Shown: positions 1-11,659, numbered from the stretch's first letter. The stretch: 64,000 nucleotides of DNA from Candidatus Oxydemutator sp. (GCA_965203445.1 OZ241883.1:2304001-2368000); one strand, 5' to 3'. Program-made: numbers and translations. The notes: generated by a model from the letters alone, not told the origin.

Positions 1-731
1 TAAGTGATCAACGGGCGCCCGAAGCGCGGGTACAACTCGCGCACGGTCGCGTCCTCGTTGCAGACCACCGCCGGGCTGTAGAAGGGCAGGTTTTGGACGA
101 AATCCACGAAGCCGCGCTTGAGCGCGTCGAAACTGCCGCCGTAGGAGACCAGATGATCGTTGTCCACGTTGGTTACGACCGACAGCATCGGTTGCAGGTG
201 CAGGAAGGAGGCGTCGCTCTCGTCGGCCTCGGTGACCAGGTAGCGCCCGCGGCCGAGACGCGCGCCGGCGCCGTGGCTGTTGACCCGGCCGCCGACGACG
301 AACGTCGGATCCAGCCCGGCTTCCGACAGGATCGCGGCGATCAGGCTGGTCGTCGTCGTCTTGCCGTGGGTGCCGGCGACCGCGATGCCGAAACGAAAGC
401 GCATCAGTTCAGCCAGCATCTCGGCGCGCTTCAGCACCGGCATGCGGCGCTCGAGCGCGGCGCGGATCTCGACGTTGTCCGGCGACACCGCCGACGACGC
501 GACCACGACGTCGCAGTCGGCGACGTGCTCGGCGCGGTGGCCGCCGAACACCCTCGCACCCAGCGAGCGCAGGCGCGCGGTCGCGGCGTTCTCGTTGAAA
601 TCGGAGCCTTGTACGGTGCAGCCGAGGTTCAGCAGCACCTCGGCGACGCCGCTCATGCCGACGCCGCCGATGCCGACAAAATGCACGACGCCCATGTTGC
701 GCGAAATCCTCCGGAAGTCCTCGAACGTCAT
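1..731 (-). CDS. murC: UDP-N-acetylmuramate--L-alanine ligase (5' part; runs off the window edge)
   Basis: Manual translation from ATG 731, which overlaps the murG stop (ATGA): [28 protein letters not shown]...GTHGKTTT...EADESD...TNVDNDHL. Expected position in the dcw cluster. Confidence 0.95.
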   Translation of the reverse strand, partial: MTFEDFRRISRNMGVVHFVGIGGVGMSGVAEVLLNLGCTVQGSDFNENAATARLRSLGARVFGGHRAEHVADCDVVVASSAVSPDNVEIRAALERRMPVLKRAEMLAELMRFRFGIAVAGTHGKTTTTSLIAAILSEAGLDPTFVVGGRVNSHGAGARLGRGRYLVTEADESDASFLHLQPMLSVVTNVDNDHLVSYGGSFDALKRGFVDFVQNLPFYSPAVVCNEDATVRELYPRFGRPLIT

Positions 732-1816
732 CGCCCGATCTCCTCGAGACAGACACCGGCCACGCGCGCGGCGGCGTCGGGCACCGCCAAGCGCCGCGCG
801 GCGCGCGCCATGTCGCCCAGCAGTCGCGGGTTCGCGCACAGGCGTTCGAGTTCCCGCGCCAGCGTCCGGGGCGAGAACTCGGACTGCGGCATCAGCACCG
901 CGGCGCCGCGTTCGGACAGGAAGCGCGCGTTGTGCGTCTGGTGGTCGTCCGCCGCATGCGGGTACGGCACCAAAATCGCGGCGGCCGCGAACGCCGCGAG
1001 TTCGGCCACCGTGATCGCGCCGGCGCGGCACAGCACCAGATCGCTCCACGCGTACAAGGAACCGACGTCCTCGTCGAACTCGAAGAACTCGACGTCGGCG
1101 CCGCAGGCGGCGGCGCTCTCGAGCGCCTCCTGCAGGCGCCCGCGCCCGGTCTGCTGGCGCACCCGGGGGCGCAACGCCGGGTTCATCAGCGCAATCGCCC
1201 GCGGCACGACCCGGTTCAAGACCGCCGCTCCGAGACTGCCGCCGAGCACGAACAGGCGCAGGACGCCCGCGCGCGCGCGCGGCGCGGCGCGCCCGATCAA
1301 CGCGCGGCGCAACGGGTTGCCGACGTGCGTGCCGCCGTGCTTTTCCAGCACCCGGGGAAAGCCGGTCAGCACGCGCTTGCTGAGCGGAGCGAGCCAGCGG
1401 TTGACCAACCCGGGCGCGGCGTTCTGTTCGTGGATCACGAGCGGCACGCCGAGCACGAAAGCGGCGACGCCGCCCGGCGCGGCGGCAAACCCGCCCATGC
1501 CGAGCACCAGCGCCGGGCGGCGGCGGACGAACACCGCCAACATCCGCCAAAACGCGAGACTCAAGGTCCACGGCGCCAGGAGCTTGCGCACCGGCCCGGT
1601 GCCGCGCAGCCCGCCGACGCGCACCGTCTCGAACGCGAAGCCCGCGCCCGGCGCGACCTCGCTTTCCAACCCGGCCGCGGTGCCGAACCACGACACTTCC
1701 GCGCCGGCCGCGCGCAGCCGCTCGGCGACCGCGAGCCCCGGGAACACGTGGCCGCCGGTGCCGCCCGCCAGCAGCACGACGAGCGGCCGCGCGCGGCCGC
1801 GAACGTCAGCGTCCAC
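728..1816 (-). CDS. murG: Undecaprenyl-PP-MurNAc-pentapeptide GlcNAc transferase
   Basis: [26 protein letters not shown] and RAGA motifs. Confidence 0.97.
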   Translation of the reverse strand: MDADVRGRARPLVVLLAGGTGGHVFPGLAVAERLRAAGAEVSWFGTAAGLESEVAPGAGFAFETVRVGGLRGTGPVRKLLAPWTLSLAFWRMLAVFVRRRPALVLGMGGFAAAPGGVAAFVLGVPLVIHEQNAAPGLVNRWLAPLSKRVLTGFPRVLEKHGGTHVGNPLRRALIGRAAPRARAGVLRLFVLGGSLGAAVLNRVVPRAIALMNPALRPRVRQQTGRGRLQEALESAAACGADVEFFEFDEDVGSLYAWSDLVLCRAGAITVAELAAFAAAAILVPYPHAADDHQTHNARFLSERGAAVLMPQSEFSPRTLARELERLCANPRLLGDMARAARRLAVPDAAARVAGVCLEEIGR

Positions 1817-2990
1817 GGCGCCCCCCGGCGACGCGCGCGCGCGGCGACGGCGTGCGACACTGCGCCTCGTAATGCACGCGCATCAGCAGGCCGACGCACA
1901 GCAGCGAGGCGACCAGGCTGCTGCCGCCCGCGCTGATGAACGGCAGGGTAATGCCCTTGGTCGGCAGCATGCCCATCGCCACCGCCATGTTGGTGAACGC
2001 CTGCAAGCCGAACCAGATTCCGGCGCCGTGGCAGAAGTACGCGCACGCGACCAGATTTTCGCGCCGCGCGCGCGCGGCGATCGCAAAGCAACGCCACACC
2101 AGCAGCCAGAACACCGCGACGACGGCGCACACGGCGATGAAACCCAGCTCCTCGGCGACGACCGAGAAAATAAAATCGGTGTGCGCCTCCGGCAGATAAA
2201 ACAATTTCTGCACGCCGTTGCCGAGGCCGACGCCGCCGAAGCCGCCGCTGCCGAACGCGATCAGCGACTGCGTAAGCTGATAGCCGCCGGCGAACGGATC
2301 CTGCCACGGGTCGAAGAATGAGACGACGCGCCGCCAGCGGTACGGCGACGACACCATGAACAGCACCGCGAGCGCCGCGAACACCGCCGCGAAGGAGAAA
2401 AAATAGCGCAGCCTGACGCCCGCGATCCACAGCAGCGCAAGGGCCACGGCGCTGATCAGCGCGGCGCCGCCGTAGTCCGGCTGCAACAACAGCAGCGCGG
2501 CGATGGCCGCGACTATCAGCAGCGGCCTGACGAAGGCGGACATCGTCTCGCGCACGTCGTCGCCGCGTCTTGCGACGTAGCCGGCGAGATAGATCAGCAG
2601 CGCCAATTTGGCGAACTCGGACGGCTGAAACGCGAAGCCGGCGAGACTGATCCAGCGGCGGCTGCCGTTGACCTCCCTGCCGACGAGCAGCACCGCGATC
2701 AGCAGCAGCAGCGACACGGCGACGAGCCAGCCGCCGCCGCGAAACACCGTTTGCGGCGCGATGAAATAGACGACAACCGCGGCGCACGCGCCGAGCAGCG
2801 CGTAGGCGATCTGGCGCTCCACGTAATGCAGCGGGTCGTGCGCGTTGCGCGCGGCGATCTCGAGCGACGCCGACGCCACCATGACCAGGCCAAACGACAG
2901 CAGCGCGACCACGCACAACAGCGCCCGGGCGTCCACCCACGCGGCCGACCCAGTGCGCGCACCCGGCATCCAGCCGACGAAACCGGTCAC
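1806..2990 (-). CDS. ftsW: Peptidoglycan glycosyltransferase FtsW (SEDS family)
   Basis: NGSRRWI, FQPSEFAK, LQPDYG, LPEAHTDFIF and KGITLPFIS.GGSS motifs. Start placed at GTG 2990, overlapping the murD stop; the ORF-track extension to 4214 is spurious. Confidence 0.95.
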   Translation of the reverse strand: MTGFVGWMPGARTGSAAWVDARALLCVVALLSFGLVMVASASLEIAARNAHDPLHYVERQIAYALLGACAAVVVYFIAPQTVFRGGGWLVAVSLLLLIAVLLVGREVNGSRRWISLAGFAFQPSEFAKLALLIYLAGYVARRGDDVRETMSAFVRPLLIVAAIAALLLLQPDYGGAALISAVALALLWIAGVRLRYFFSFAAVFAALAVLFMVSSPYRWRRVVSFFDPWQDPFAGGYQLTQSLIAFGSGGFGGVGLGNGVQKLFYLPEAHTDFIFSVVAEELGFIAVCAVVAVFWLLVWRCFAIAARARRENLVACAYFCHGAGIWFGLQAFTNMAVAMGMLPTKGITLPFISAGGSSLVASLLCVGLLMRVHYEAQCRTPSPRARVAGGRRGR

Positions 2991-4336
2991 CGGCGCAACT
3001 CCCGAAACGCCGAGGCGAAGGCGTCGCCGCGCTCGCGGTAATCGCGGTACATGTCGAGACTCGCGCACGCCGGCGACAACAGCACGCGGTCGCCGGGCAG
3101 CGCGGCGCGGCGCGCGGCGCGCGCCGCGCCGCGCATGTCCGCGACCTCGACGACCGGCACGCGCGCGCCGACGGCGCGCGCGATCCCGCCGGCGTCGCGC
3201 CCGAACAACACCACCGCGCGGGCGCGTTCGGCCGCGGCCTCGCCGAGCGCGTCGAAACGGGCGCCCTTGCCGTCGCCGCCGCAGATCAGCACCGCCTTGC
3301 CCGGCGCGGCGCGCAACGCGCTGACCGCGGCGGCGACGTTGGTCGCCTTGGAGTCGTTGATCCACTCGACGCCGTCGAGGCTGCCGAGAGACTGCATCCG
3401 ATGCGCCAATCCGCGAAAGGCGCGCGCTTCGGCGACCATGGCCGCGCGCGGCACGCGCAGCGCGCATCCCAGCGCAAAGGCCGCCTGCACGTTGAGCAGC
3501 CCGGCGTCGCCCGCAAGCGCTACCTCGTCGCAGGCGAGCCACGCTTGCGCGCCGCGCGCGATACAGCGGCGCGCGCCGTCGGTGACGATCCCGAAGTGGC
3601 CGGCGTCGCCGCGCCCGAGGCCGAAGGAGACGACGTCGGCGACGCGCGCGGCGACCGCGAACGCCTCCTCGCGGTTGACGACGACGGTGCCGCTGTTGCG
3701 ATGTACGCCGAGCTTGGCTTGCAGATATTCGTCGCGCGTGGCATAGCGGTCGAGATGGTCGTCGCTGACGTTGAGCACCACCGACGCCGCCGGGCGCAGC
3801 GAGCGCGTCGTCTCCAGCTGGAAACTCGACAACTCGAGGATATAGACGTCGGCGGCGACGCGCCGCTCGAGCAGGTCGAGCGCCGGCGTGCCGAGATTGC
3901 CGCCGGCGGCGACGCGCAGGCCGGCGGCCGCGGCCATCGCCTCGAGCAGGCGGGTGACGGTGCTCTTGCCGTTGGAGCCGGTGATGGCCGCGACCGGACG
4001 CCGTGCCACGCAGCGCGCGAACAACTCGACGTCGCCCATGATCGGTATACCCCGGGCCGCGGCGCGGCGCAGCGCCGGCGTGTTCAACGGCACGCCCGGG
4101 CTTACGACGATGTCGTCGGCCTCGAAGAAACGCGCCTCGTCGAAGGCGCCGAAATACACCTCGGCGTCCGGGTCGAGCCGCCGCAAGCCGGCGTACGCCG
4201 GCGGCGACCGGCACTCGTCGGCGACCGCGAACGCGATGCCGCGCCGGTGCAGGAAGCGCGCCACCGACAGCCCGGTCGCGCCCAGGCCGACTATCAGCGC
4301 CTTGTGTCCGGGCGGAAGTGGGGTGGCGGCGGGCAT
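2987..4336 (-). CDS. murD: UDP-N-acetylmuramoyl-L-alanine--D-glutamate ligase
   Basis: GLGATG, TGSNGKST, ELSSFQLE, DHLDRY, NDSKATN and SPACASLD motifs. Start ATG 4336 (alternative GTG 4345). Confidence 0.96.
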   Translation of the reverse strand: MPAATPLPPGHKALIVGLGATGLSVARFLHRRGIAFAVADECRSPPAYAGLRRLDPDAEVYFGAFDEARFFEADDIVVSPGVPLNTPALRRAAARGIPIMGDVELFARCVARRPVAAITGSNGKSTVTRLLEAMAAAAGLRVAAGGNLGTPALDLLERRVAADVYILELSSFQLETTRSLRPAASVVLNVSDDHLDRYATRDEYLQAKLGVHRNSGTVVVNREEAFAVAARVADVVSFGLGRGDAGHFGIVTDGARRCIARGAQAWLACDEVALAGDAGLLNVQAAFALGCALRVPRAAMVAEARAFRGLAHRMQSLGSLDGVEWINDSKATNVAAAVSALRAAPGKAVLICGGDGKGARFDALGEAAAERARAVVLFGRDAGGIARAVGARVPVVEVADMRGAARAARRAALPGDRVLLSPACASLDMYRDYRERGDAFASAFRELRR

Positions 4337-4341
4337 CGGCG

Positions 4342-5421
4342 TCACCTGATCTTGAGGGTCGCCAGACCGACCAGCACCAGCAACAGGCTGATGATCCAGA
4401 AACGCACGATGACGCGCGGTTCGGGCCAGCCGCGCAACTCGAAATGGTGGTGCAGCGGCGCCATCCGGAAGACGCGCCGCCCGGTGGACTTGAACGACGC
4501 CACCTGCAACATGACCGACAAGGTCTCGACCACGAACACCCCGCCCATGATCACCAGCACCAGTTCCTGGCGCACCAGCACCGCGACCACGCCGAGCGCG
4601 GCGCCGAGCGCGAGCGAGCCGACGTCGCCCATGAATACCTGCGCCGGGTACGTGTTGAACCACAGAAAACCGAGCGCGGCGCCGGCCAGCGCGCCGCAGA
4701 AAATCACCAGTTCGCTCGCCGACGGCAGGTGCGGAATCGCAAGGTAATGCGAGAAGTTCGCGTGGCCGCTGGCGTAGGCGAAGATGCTCAACGCGACCGC
4801 TATCAACGCCACCGGCAGCACCACCAGGCCGTCGAGGCCGTCGGTCAGATTGACGGCGTTGCTGGCGCCGACCATGGTCAGGTAGGCGAGCACGATGAAC
4901 CACGGCCCCAGGTCCACCATCACGTCCTTGACGAACGGCACTATCAGCTGGAGTTCGTTCGGATATTCGGCGCCGTCGAACAGCAGCACCGCGACCAGCA
5001 GGCCGGCCACCGACTGCCAGAAGAACTTGACGTGCATCGCAAGGCCGCGTCCGTCACGCCGCAGTTTCAGATAATCGTCGGCGCCGCCGACGGCCGCGAA
5101 CAGGAGCGTTGCAAGCAGCGCGGTCGCAACGTAGCGGTTCGAGACGTCGGCCCACAGCAGCGTCGTCAACACTATCGTCACTATCATCAACACGCCGCCC
5201 ATGGTCGGCGTGCCGTGCTTCGGATAATGCGACTTCGGGCCGTCGTCGCGCACGTTCTGGCCGACTTTCATGCGCGCCAGCGCGGCGATGATGCGCGGCC
5301 CCAGAACCAGGCTCAGCAACAGCGCGCTGATCGCCGCCATCACGCCGCGAAACGTGATGTACTGAAACAGATGAAAGCCGCTGTACGACGACGCCAGCCA
5401 TTCCGTGAGCCGCGTCAACAT
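4342..5421 (-). CDS. mraY: Phospho-N-acetylmuramoyl-pentapeptide transferase
   Basis: [26 protein letters not shown] and MAPLHHHFE motifs. Confidence 0.98.
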   Translation of the reverse strand: MLTRLTEWLASSYSGFHLFQYITFRGVMAAISALLLSLVLGPRIIAALARMKVGQNVRDDGPKSHYPKHGTPTMGGVLMIVTIVLTTLLWADVSNRYVATALLATLLFAAVGGADDYLKLRRDGRGLAMHVKFFWQSVAGLLVAVLLFDGAEYPNELQLIVPFVKDVMVDLGPWFIVLAYLTMVGASNAVNLTDGLDGLVVLPVALIAVALSIFAYASGHANFSHYLAIPHLPSASELVIFCGALAGAALGFLWFNTYPAQVFMGDVGSLALGAALGVVAVLVRQELVLVIMGGVFVVETLSVMLQVASFKSTGRRVFRMAPLHHHFELRGWPEPRVIVRFWIISLLLVLVGLATLKIR

Positions 5422-6773
5422 TCGGCGTCCCTCGCGTCCGCGCCGCCGGGCGACAGCGCCGCCACCAGCCTTTCCATGCGCGCCGAACGGGAGCCCTTGA
5501 CCAGCAGGAACACGTCAGGCGCGGCCTGTCCGATGATCCTGCCGGCCAAAGACTTCAGGGAGGTAAACAGTTCGGCGCCCTCGCCGAAATGGGCGCCGGC
5601 CTCGGCCGCGCCCGCGCCCAACGCGAACAGCCGCTCTATGCCCGCGCTCTTCGCGCGCAGTCCGGCGGCGGCGTGCAGCGCGCGCGCGTCGGCGCCGAGT
5701 TCGGCCATGTCGCCCAGCGCGAGCCAGCGTCTGCCGGGACATTCCTTCAATACCTCGAGCGCGGCCTCGAGCGAGCCGGGGTTGGCGTTGTAACTGTCGT
5801 CTATCAGGTGCAGACCGCCCACGCCGCGGCGGTTCTGCAGGCGCCCGCGCACCGGGCGCACCGCCTCGAGACCGGCGATGATCGCGTCGGCGTCGGCGCC
5901 GGCGGCGTGCGCCGCGGCGCCCGCGGCGAGGGCGTTGCAGACGTTGTGGCGCCCGGGCAGGCGCAGGCGGCAGGATCGCACCGCGCCACCCAGGCTCAGT
6001 TCGACGGAATCCGCACCAGTCGCGGTCGCGCGGAAGTCGGCGTTCCCGGAAAAGCCGAAATCCAGGGTGCGCCGGGCGCCGAGCAGGCGGCGCCAGTAGT
6101 CATAGTAGGCGTCGTCGCGGTTGACGACGCCGGTCGCCGACGGTCGCAGCGACTCGAACATCTCGCCCTTGGCGCGCGCGACGCCGTCGAGATCGCGAAA
6201 GCCCTCGAGGTGCGCGCGCGCCGCGTTCAGCACGACGCCGACGTCGGGGCGCGCGAGCGCGCACAAACGCCGGATCTCGCCGGGATGGTTGGCGCCCATC
6301 TCGACGACCGCAAACCGGTGGCGCGGGCGCATCGCCAGCAAGGTCAGCGGCACGCCGACGTGGTTGTTCCGGTTGCCCTCGGAAGCGAGCACCGCGTGCG
6401 AGCGCGCCAGGATCGAGGCGATCATCTCCCTGGTCGTGGTCTTGCCGTTGCTGCCGGTCACTCCGATGACCAGCGCGCGCAGGCGCCCGCGCCAAGCCCC
6501 GGCGAAGCGCGCCAGCGCGCGCAGCGTGTCTTCGACGCGCACCTGCGGCAGCGGCACCGCGACCGCTCTCGACACCAGCGCCGCGCGCGCCCCGGCGGCC
6601 GCGGCGCGCGCGACGAAATCGTGCCCGTCGAAACGCTCGCCTCGGAGGGCGACGAACAACGCGCCGGGGGACAGCGCGCGGGTGTCGGTCGCGACGTGCT
6701 CGACCGGCACGTCGTCGCCCTCGAGCAGGCCGCCGGCCAGGGCCGCCACTTCCGACAGGGCGAGCCAGCTCAC
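5415..6773 (-). CDS. murF: UDP-N-acetylmuramoyl-tripeptide--D-alanyl-D-alanine ligase
   Basis: [43 protein letters not shown] and KGSR motifs. Start at GTG 6773, overlapping the murE stop. Confidence 0.96.
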   Translation of the reverse strand: MSWLALSEVAALAGGLLEGDDVPVEHVATDTRALSPGALFVALRGERFDGHDFVARAAAAGARAALVSRAVAVPLPQVRVEDTLRALARFAGAWRGRLRALVIGVTGSNGKTTTREMIASILARSHAVLASEGNRNNHVGVPLTLLAMRPRHRFAVVEMGANHPGEIRRLCALARPDVGVVLNAARAHLEGFRDLDGVARAKGEMFESLRPSATGVVNRDDAYYDYWRRLLGARRTLDFGFSGNADFRATATGADSVELSLGGAVRSCRLRLPGRHNVCNALAAGAAAHAAGADADAIIAGLEAVRPVRGRLQNRRGVGGLHLIDDSYNANPGSLEAALEVLKECPGRRWLALGDMAELGADARALHAAAGLRAKSAGIERLFALGAGAAEAGAHFGEGAELFTSLKSLAGRIIGQAAPDVFLLVKGSRSARMERLVAALSPGGADARDAEC

Positions 6774-8248
6774 GGATGCCCTCCGGCGCCGGCCAGCGCG
6801 CGCCGTATCACGTCGGCGTCGTCGAAAGGCAGCGCCGCGCCCGCCACTATCTGGCGGGTCTCGTGCCCCTTGCCCGCGACCAACACCACGTCGCCGGCGG
6901 CGCAGACCGCGATCGCGCGCGCGATCGCGCGCGCGCGATCGCGGATGATCTCGACGTGGGCGCGGTCGCCGATACCGGACAGCACGTCGGCGACGATTGC
7001 GTCCGGATCCTCGGCGCGCGGATTGTCGTCGGTGACGACCGCGTGGTCGCACAGGCGCGCCGCGGTCTCCCCCATGCGCGGGCGCTTGTCGGCGTCGCGC
7101 TCGCCGCCGCAGCCGAACACGCACGCGACGCGGCGCGCGGCCAGTTCGCGGCAGCAGGCGAGCGCCCCGGCCAGGGCCTCGGGCGTATGCGCGTAGTCCA
7201 GGACGACGAGCGGCTTGTCGCCGCCGCCGAAGCGCTGCATGCGCCCGCGCACCGGGCGCACGCGCGACAGCAGGGACGCGGCTTCGGGCGCGGCGACGCC
7301 GACCGCGGTGAGCGCGGCCAACGCCGCCAGCAGATTGGCGACGTTGAATCTTCCGAGCAGCGGCGCGCTTATCGAGAGCACCTCGCCGTGCGCGCGCGCG
7401 GTGATCTCGAGGCCGACGGCGGAGGCCTCGGCGCGCTCGACGCGGACGTCGGCCGCGGCCGCGGTCGAGTAGGTGACGACGCGCGTGCCCGGCGCGCAGG
7501 CGGCGATGAACGACGCGGCGTAGTGGTCGTCGGCGTTGAGCACCGCGCAAGCGAGGCCACGCGTCTGGAACAGGCGTCTTTTGGCCGCCACGTAGTTCTC
7601 GCGCGTGCCGTGGTAATCGTGGTGATCCGATCCCACGTTGGTGAGCACCGCGACCTCGATCGCAAGCCCGTTCAACCTTCCCTGGACGATGCCGTGCGAC
7701 GACGCCTCGAGCACGACGTGGCCGACGCCGTCGTCGCGCAGGCGGCGCAGTTCGCGGTTCAGCGCGAGCGCGTCGGGCGTCGTGTTGGCGGCGGGCGCCA
7801 AGGCGCCGAACTCGCCGCCGCCGAGCGTGCCGAACAAGCCGCAACGGCGTCCCGACAGCGACAGCGCCTCGGCCACGAAGTGGCTGACCGAGGTCTTGCC
7901 GTCGGTGCCGGTTACCGCGACCACCGACATCTCGCGCGACGGATGCGCGAAGAAGCGCGCGGCGATGACGCCGGCCTTGGCGCGCAGCCCCTCGACGCGC
8001 ACCATCGGCACGTCGTCCGTGGCGGCCGCGTGCGCGCCCTCCCAGGCGACCGCGTGCGCGCCGCGCTCGATGACCTCGGGCAGAAAGTCGAGGCCGTGCG
8101 CGCGCGCGCCCTGCAGCGCGAGGTAGAGGTCGCCGCGGCGCACCCGGCGGCTGTAATTCGCAACGCCGGTCACCGACACGCGCGGCGCGCGGCGCGGCGC
8201 GGCGAGGCCGTCTAGCAGCAGCGGCAACGGCATGCCGGCGGCCATCAC
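6770..8248 (-). CDS. murE: UDP-N-acetylmuramoyl-L-alanyl-D-glutamate--2,6-diaminopimelate ligase
   Basis: TGTDGKTS, EASSHG, DYAHTP, FGCGGERD, DNPR (meso-DAP type) and GKGHE motifs. Confidence 0.97.
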   Translation of the reverse strand: MMAAGMPLPLLLDGLAAPRRAPRVSVTGVANYSRRVRRGDLYLALQGARAHGLDFLPEVIERGAHAVAWEGAHAAATDDVPMVRVEGLRAKAGVIAARFFAHPSREMSVVAVTGTDGKTSVSHFVAEALSLSGRRCGLFGTLGGGEFGALAPAANTTPDALALNRELRRLRDDGVGHVVLEASSHGIVQGRLNGLAIEVAVLTNVGSDHHDYHGTRENYVAAKRRLFQTRGLACAVLNADDHYAASFIAACAPGTRVVTYSTAAAADVRVERAEASAVGLEITARAHGEVLSISAPLLGRFNVANLLAALAALTAVGVAAPEAASLLSRVRPVRGRMQRFGGGDKPLVVLDYAHTPEALAGALACCRELAARRVACVFGCGGERDADKRPRMGETAARLCDHAVVTDDNPRAEDPDAIVADVLSGIGDRAHVEIIRDRARAIARAIAVCAAGDVVLVAGKGHETRQIVAGAALPFDDADVIRRALAGAGGHP

Positions 8249-9975
8249 ATCGGCGCCCCGGCCACGGCGGCGCCCGGCGCGTCGTCGGAGCGCTCGTCGT
8301 CGGCGACGTTCATCAGCCGCAGCGACTCGAACATCACGCGCGAAAACACCGGGGCCGCGACCTGGCCGCCGAAATAACCGCCGCGCGACGGCGCGTCAAT
8401 CAGCACGACGGCGACCAGGCGCGGTGCGCGCGCCGGCGCGAAGCCGGCAAACAACGAGAAGTATTCATTGTCCCGGCCGAGGTCGGCGGCGCTCTTGCGC
8501 GTCGTGCCGGTCTTGCCGGCGGTCGTGAAACCGCGCACCTTTGCGAGACGCCCGGTGCCCTCGTCGCTGACGACGCGCCGCAGCATCGCGCGCACCACGC
8601 GCGCGGTGCGCGGTTTGAACACCTGGCGCTGGTCCAGGTACGGGTTGTCCTTCAGGAAGCTCAGCGTCGGCTGCCAGCCGTCGTTGGCGAACGCGGTGTA
8701 CATGTGCGCAAGTTGCAGAGGCGACACCGACACGCCGTATCCGTACGACACGACGACGTGGTCGGTCTCATGCCATTCGTCGTAATAGCGCAACTTGCCG
8801 CCGGCCTCGCCGGGGAAACCGGTGCCCGGAAGGTGTCCGAAACCGAGCCTGTCGAGCATACCCCACAGCTTGTTCTCCGGTATCAGCCCGACCGCCTTGC
8901 TGACGCCGACGTTGCTCGACTTGACGAGTATGCCGCCCAGGTCGAGACGCCCGTAGTCGCGGACGTCCTTGATCGTCTTGTCGCGCGAAATCTTGTAATA
9001 GCCGGGGGAGGTCTCTATCGTCGTCTCCGGCTCGGCGTAGCCGCCGTCCAACAACGCCGCGATGATGAACGGCTTGATCGCCGAACCCGGCTCGAACACG
9101 TCTATGAAGGCGCGGTGGCGGCGCTCGCCGGGAGGATAGGCGCGGCGCTCGTTCGGGTTGAAGGACGGGTGGTTGACCGAAGCCAGTATCTCGCCGCTGC
9201 GCGCGTCGAGCACCACGACCGAACCGGCCGCGGCGGCGTGTTTTTCTATCGCCTCCTTCAGCGCGCGGTACGCGTGGTACTGGATGCGCTGGTCAAAGCT
9301 CAGTTCGAGGTCGCGTCCGTAGCGCGGCGCCTTGATCAATCCCAGATCGCGCACGCTGCGCGCGCGGCGGTCGCGCAGCACGCGCTTGGCGCCGGGCCTG
9401 GCGTGCAGGATCTCGTCGTACGCCTTCTCGATGCCCTCGATGCCGACGCCGTCGACGTCGGTAACGCCGACGACGTGGGCCGATACCTCGCCGGCCGGGT
9501 AATAACGGCGGTACTCGCGTTTCAGATGCACCCCGCCGAGACGCAGACGCCGCAGGCGCCCGGCCACGTCCGGGGTCACGTGGCGCTTGACGTAGAGAAA
9601 ACGCCGCCCGGAGGCGCCCGCAAGGCGCTCGCGCAAGCGGCGGTGCGGAATCGAGAGCACCTCGGCCACCGCGCGCGCGTCGCCCGCGTCGAAGCGCGCC
9701 GGATCTATCCACGCGGCGTGCACCGGCGTGCTGACCGCAAGCTGGGCGCCGTTGCGGTCGAGGATGCGGCCGCGACGCGCCGGAATCTCGACGATCCGCA
9801 GCTGGCGCTGGTCGGCCTCGTTTTGCAGCCTGTCCTGCTGGTAATGCTGCAAGTGCAGCGCGCGCGCGACGAGCGCCGCCATCGCGGCCGACAACAGCAA
9901 CAGCACCACCGCGCCGCGCCAGCGGCCGCCGCGCGTGCGCGCGCGGCGGCGCGAGTGATCGGGCGCGCGCCTCAC
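8245..9975 (-). CDS. ftsI: Penicillin-binding protein 3 (septal transpeptidase)
   Basis: RGRILDRNG, EPGSAIK (SxxK), SSN and KTG motifs, plus an N-terminal TM helix. Start placed at GTG 9975, overlapping the ftsL stop. Confidence 0.95.
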   Translation of the reverse strand: MRRAPDHSRRRARTRGGRWRGAVVLLLLSAAMAALVARALHLQHYQQDRLQNEADQRQLRIVEIPARRGRILDRNGAQLAVSTPVHAAWIDPARFDAGDARAVAEVLSIPHRRLRERLAGASGRRFLYVKRHVTPDVAGRLRRLRLGGVHLKREYRRYYPAGEVSAHVVGVTDVDGVGIEGIEKAYDEILHARPGAKRVLRDRRARSVRDLGLIKAPRYGRDLELSFDQRIQYHAYRALKEAIEKHAAAAGSVVVLDARSGEILASVNHPSFNPNERRAYPPGERRHRAFIDVFEPGSAIKPFIIAALLDGGYAEPETTIETSPGYYKISRDKTIKDVRDYGRLDLGGILVKSSNVGVSKAVGLIPENKLWGMLDRLGFGHLPGTGFPGEAGGKLRYYDEWHETDHVVVSYGYGVSVSPLQLAHMYTAFANDGWQPTLSFLKDNPYLDQRQVFKPRTARVVRAMLRRVVSDEGTGRLAKVRGFTTAGKTGTTRKSAADLGRDNEYFSLFAGFAPARAPRLVAVVLIDAPSRGGYFGGQVAAPVFSRVMFESLRLMNVADDERSDDAPGAAVAGAPM

Positions 9976-10244
9976 GGCACGACCACCGTTATCACCTCGC
10001 GCGGATACTCCATGCCGAGTTTCTCGCGCGCGCGCATCTCGACGTGGCCATAGGTTTGAAACGTGCCGCGCTCGAGTTGCAGGCGCTCCCATTCGACGCG
10101 CAATTCGTCGCGCTCGTACTGCAGGCGCTGCGACTCGATGAACTCGGCGCGCCCGTGGTGGCGCACGATGACGACGGCCAGCGCCGACAGCAGCGTCGCC
10201 GCCGCCAGCACGTGCGCGACGACGGCGTCGCGGCGCAAGATCAC
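9972..10244 (-). CDS. ftsL: Cell division protein FtsL
   Basis: About 90 aa: a TM helix, then a coiled coil (ERDELRVEWERLQLE...VEMRAREKLGM). Lies between rsmH and ftsI; GTG 10244 overlaps the rsmH stop. Confidence 0.9.
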   Translation of the reverse strand: MILRRDAVVAHVLAAATLLSALAVVIVRHHGRAEFIESQRLQYERDELRVEWERLQLERGTFQTYGHVEMRAREKLGMEYPREVITVVVP

Positions 10245-11176
10245 GCCAGCCTCCGCGCGAGCCTGAGGCGCGCGCTGCGCGCGCGCGGATTGGCGGCGAC
10301 TTCCGCGTCGCCGGGAACCACCGGCCTGCCGATGCCGTGCAACGTTACCGCGCCGGCGTCGTCGGCCACGGGCATGCCGCGCGGCGCGCGCCGCGGTTCG
10401 GATTGGGAACGAATGAAGCGTTTGACGATGCGGTCCTCTAGCGAATGGAAGGTGATCACGGCCAGGCGCCCGCCGCCGCGCAGCAGGCGCGGCACCGCGG
10501 CCAGCGCGGCTGAGAGTTCCTCCAGTTCGCGGTTGACGAACAGGCGAACGGCGAGAAAGGAGCGCGTCGCCGGATGTTTCCCCCTGCGCCGCCCCGACGC
10601 CCCCTCGACCAGCGCCGCCAGTTCGCCGGTGGTGCGCAATGGGCGGCGCCCGACGATGGCGGCGGCGATGCGCCCGGCGTTGCGCTCCTCGCCGTAGTCC
10701 CTGAGCACGCGCGCGATCTCGGTCTCGGCGGCGGCGTTGAGCCATTGCGCCGCGGTCGCGCCTCGGCGCCGGTCCATGCGCATGTCGAGCGGGCCGTCGC
10801 GCAAGAAACTGAAGCCGCGTTCGGGCGCCTCGAGTTGCGCCGACGACACGCCGAGATCGAAGAACACGCCGGCGACCGTGCCGGCCAGTTCGTCGTCGGC
10901 GAGCGTTTGCAACGCGGCGAACGAATCGTGGCGGATCGAGAAACGGGCGTCGGTGCCGAAAGTCGCGCGCGCGTGGCGGCATGCCTCGGCGTCCTTGTCG
11001 AAGGCGATGACGCGCCCGGCGGCGCCGAGACGTCGCAGCAGCGCCGCGCTGTGGCCGCCGCGTCCGTAGGTCGCATCCACGTAGCAGCCGCGCGCGTCCA
11101 CGTTCAGCCCCTCGAGCAACTCCGCCACCAGCACCGGCCGATGGCGATCCCTGAGGTCGTCGCGGTCGTCGCGCAC
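10241..11176 (-). CDS. rsmH: 16S rRNA m4C1402 methyltransferase
   Basis: HRPVL, DATYGRGGHS, DLGVSS, DGPLDMRMD, FHSLEDRIVK and NPRARSA motifs. Confidence 0.98.
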   Translation of the reverse strand: MRDDRDDLRDRHRPVLVAELLEGLNVDARGCYVDATYGRGGHSAALLRRLGAAGRVIAFDKDAEACRHARATFGTDARFSIRHDSFAALQTLADDELAGTVAGVFFDLGVSSAQLEAPERGFSFLRDGPLDMRMDRRRGATAAQWLNAAAETEIARVLRDYGEERNAGRIAAAIVGRRPLRTTGELAALVEGASGRRRGKHPATRSFLAVRLFVNRELEELSAALAAVPRLLRGGGRLAVITFHSLEDRIVKRFIRSQSEPRRAPRGMPVADDAGAVTLHGIGRPVVPGDAEVAANPRARSARLRLARRLA

Positions 11177-11185
11177 CGGCGGCTC

Positions 11186-11653
11186 CTACAGGCGCACGTT
11201 TTCCAACGCTTCATCAAGGTGCCCGTCGTCGCCGGCCTCGTTCATGCGCAGTTCGCGTTGATGCGCCCATTGCCGCTGATCCCACAGCTCGAAGTATTCG
11301 CCCTGGCCCAACAACAGCGCGTGCTTGCCTAGGCGCGCAAACTCGCGCAACGGAGAAGACAGCAGTATGCGCCCCTGCCCGTCGAGTTCGCACTCGGTCG
11401 CGTGCCCGAGCATCAGGCGCTGGATGAAGCGAGCGCCCTGGTTCAGCGACGGCAACTGGAGAACCTGCGCCTCGACCTCATCCCATCGCCCGCGCGGATA
11501 GATCAACAGGCAGCCGTCGCGGTCGGCGGTCACCATCAGGCACCCGCCACAGGACTCCGCCAGAGACTGGCGATAGCGAGACGGGATACCCAGCCGCCCT
11601 TTGGTGTCGACGGTGACCTGGCTGACCCCCCTGAAAAACAAACCGTTCTGCAT
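11186..11653 (-). CDS. mraZ: Transcriptional regulator MraZ
   Basis: FRG...DTKGRL.IP and LDGQGRI motifs. First gene of the dcw cluster. Confidence 0.97.
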   Translation of the reverse strand: MQNGLFFRGVSQVTVDTKGRLGIPSRYRQSLAESCGGCLMVTADRDGCLLIYPRGRWDEVEAQVLQLPSLNQGARFIQRLMLGHATECELDGQGRILLSSPLREFARLGKHALLLGQGEYFELWDQRQWAHQRELRMNEAGDDGHLDEALENVRL

Positions 11654-11659
11654 TCCCTA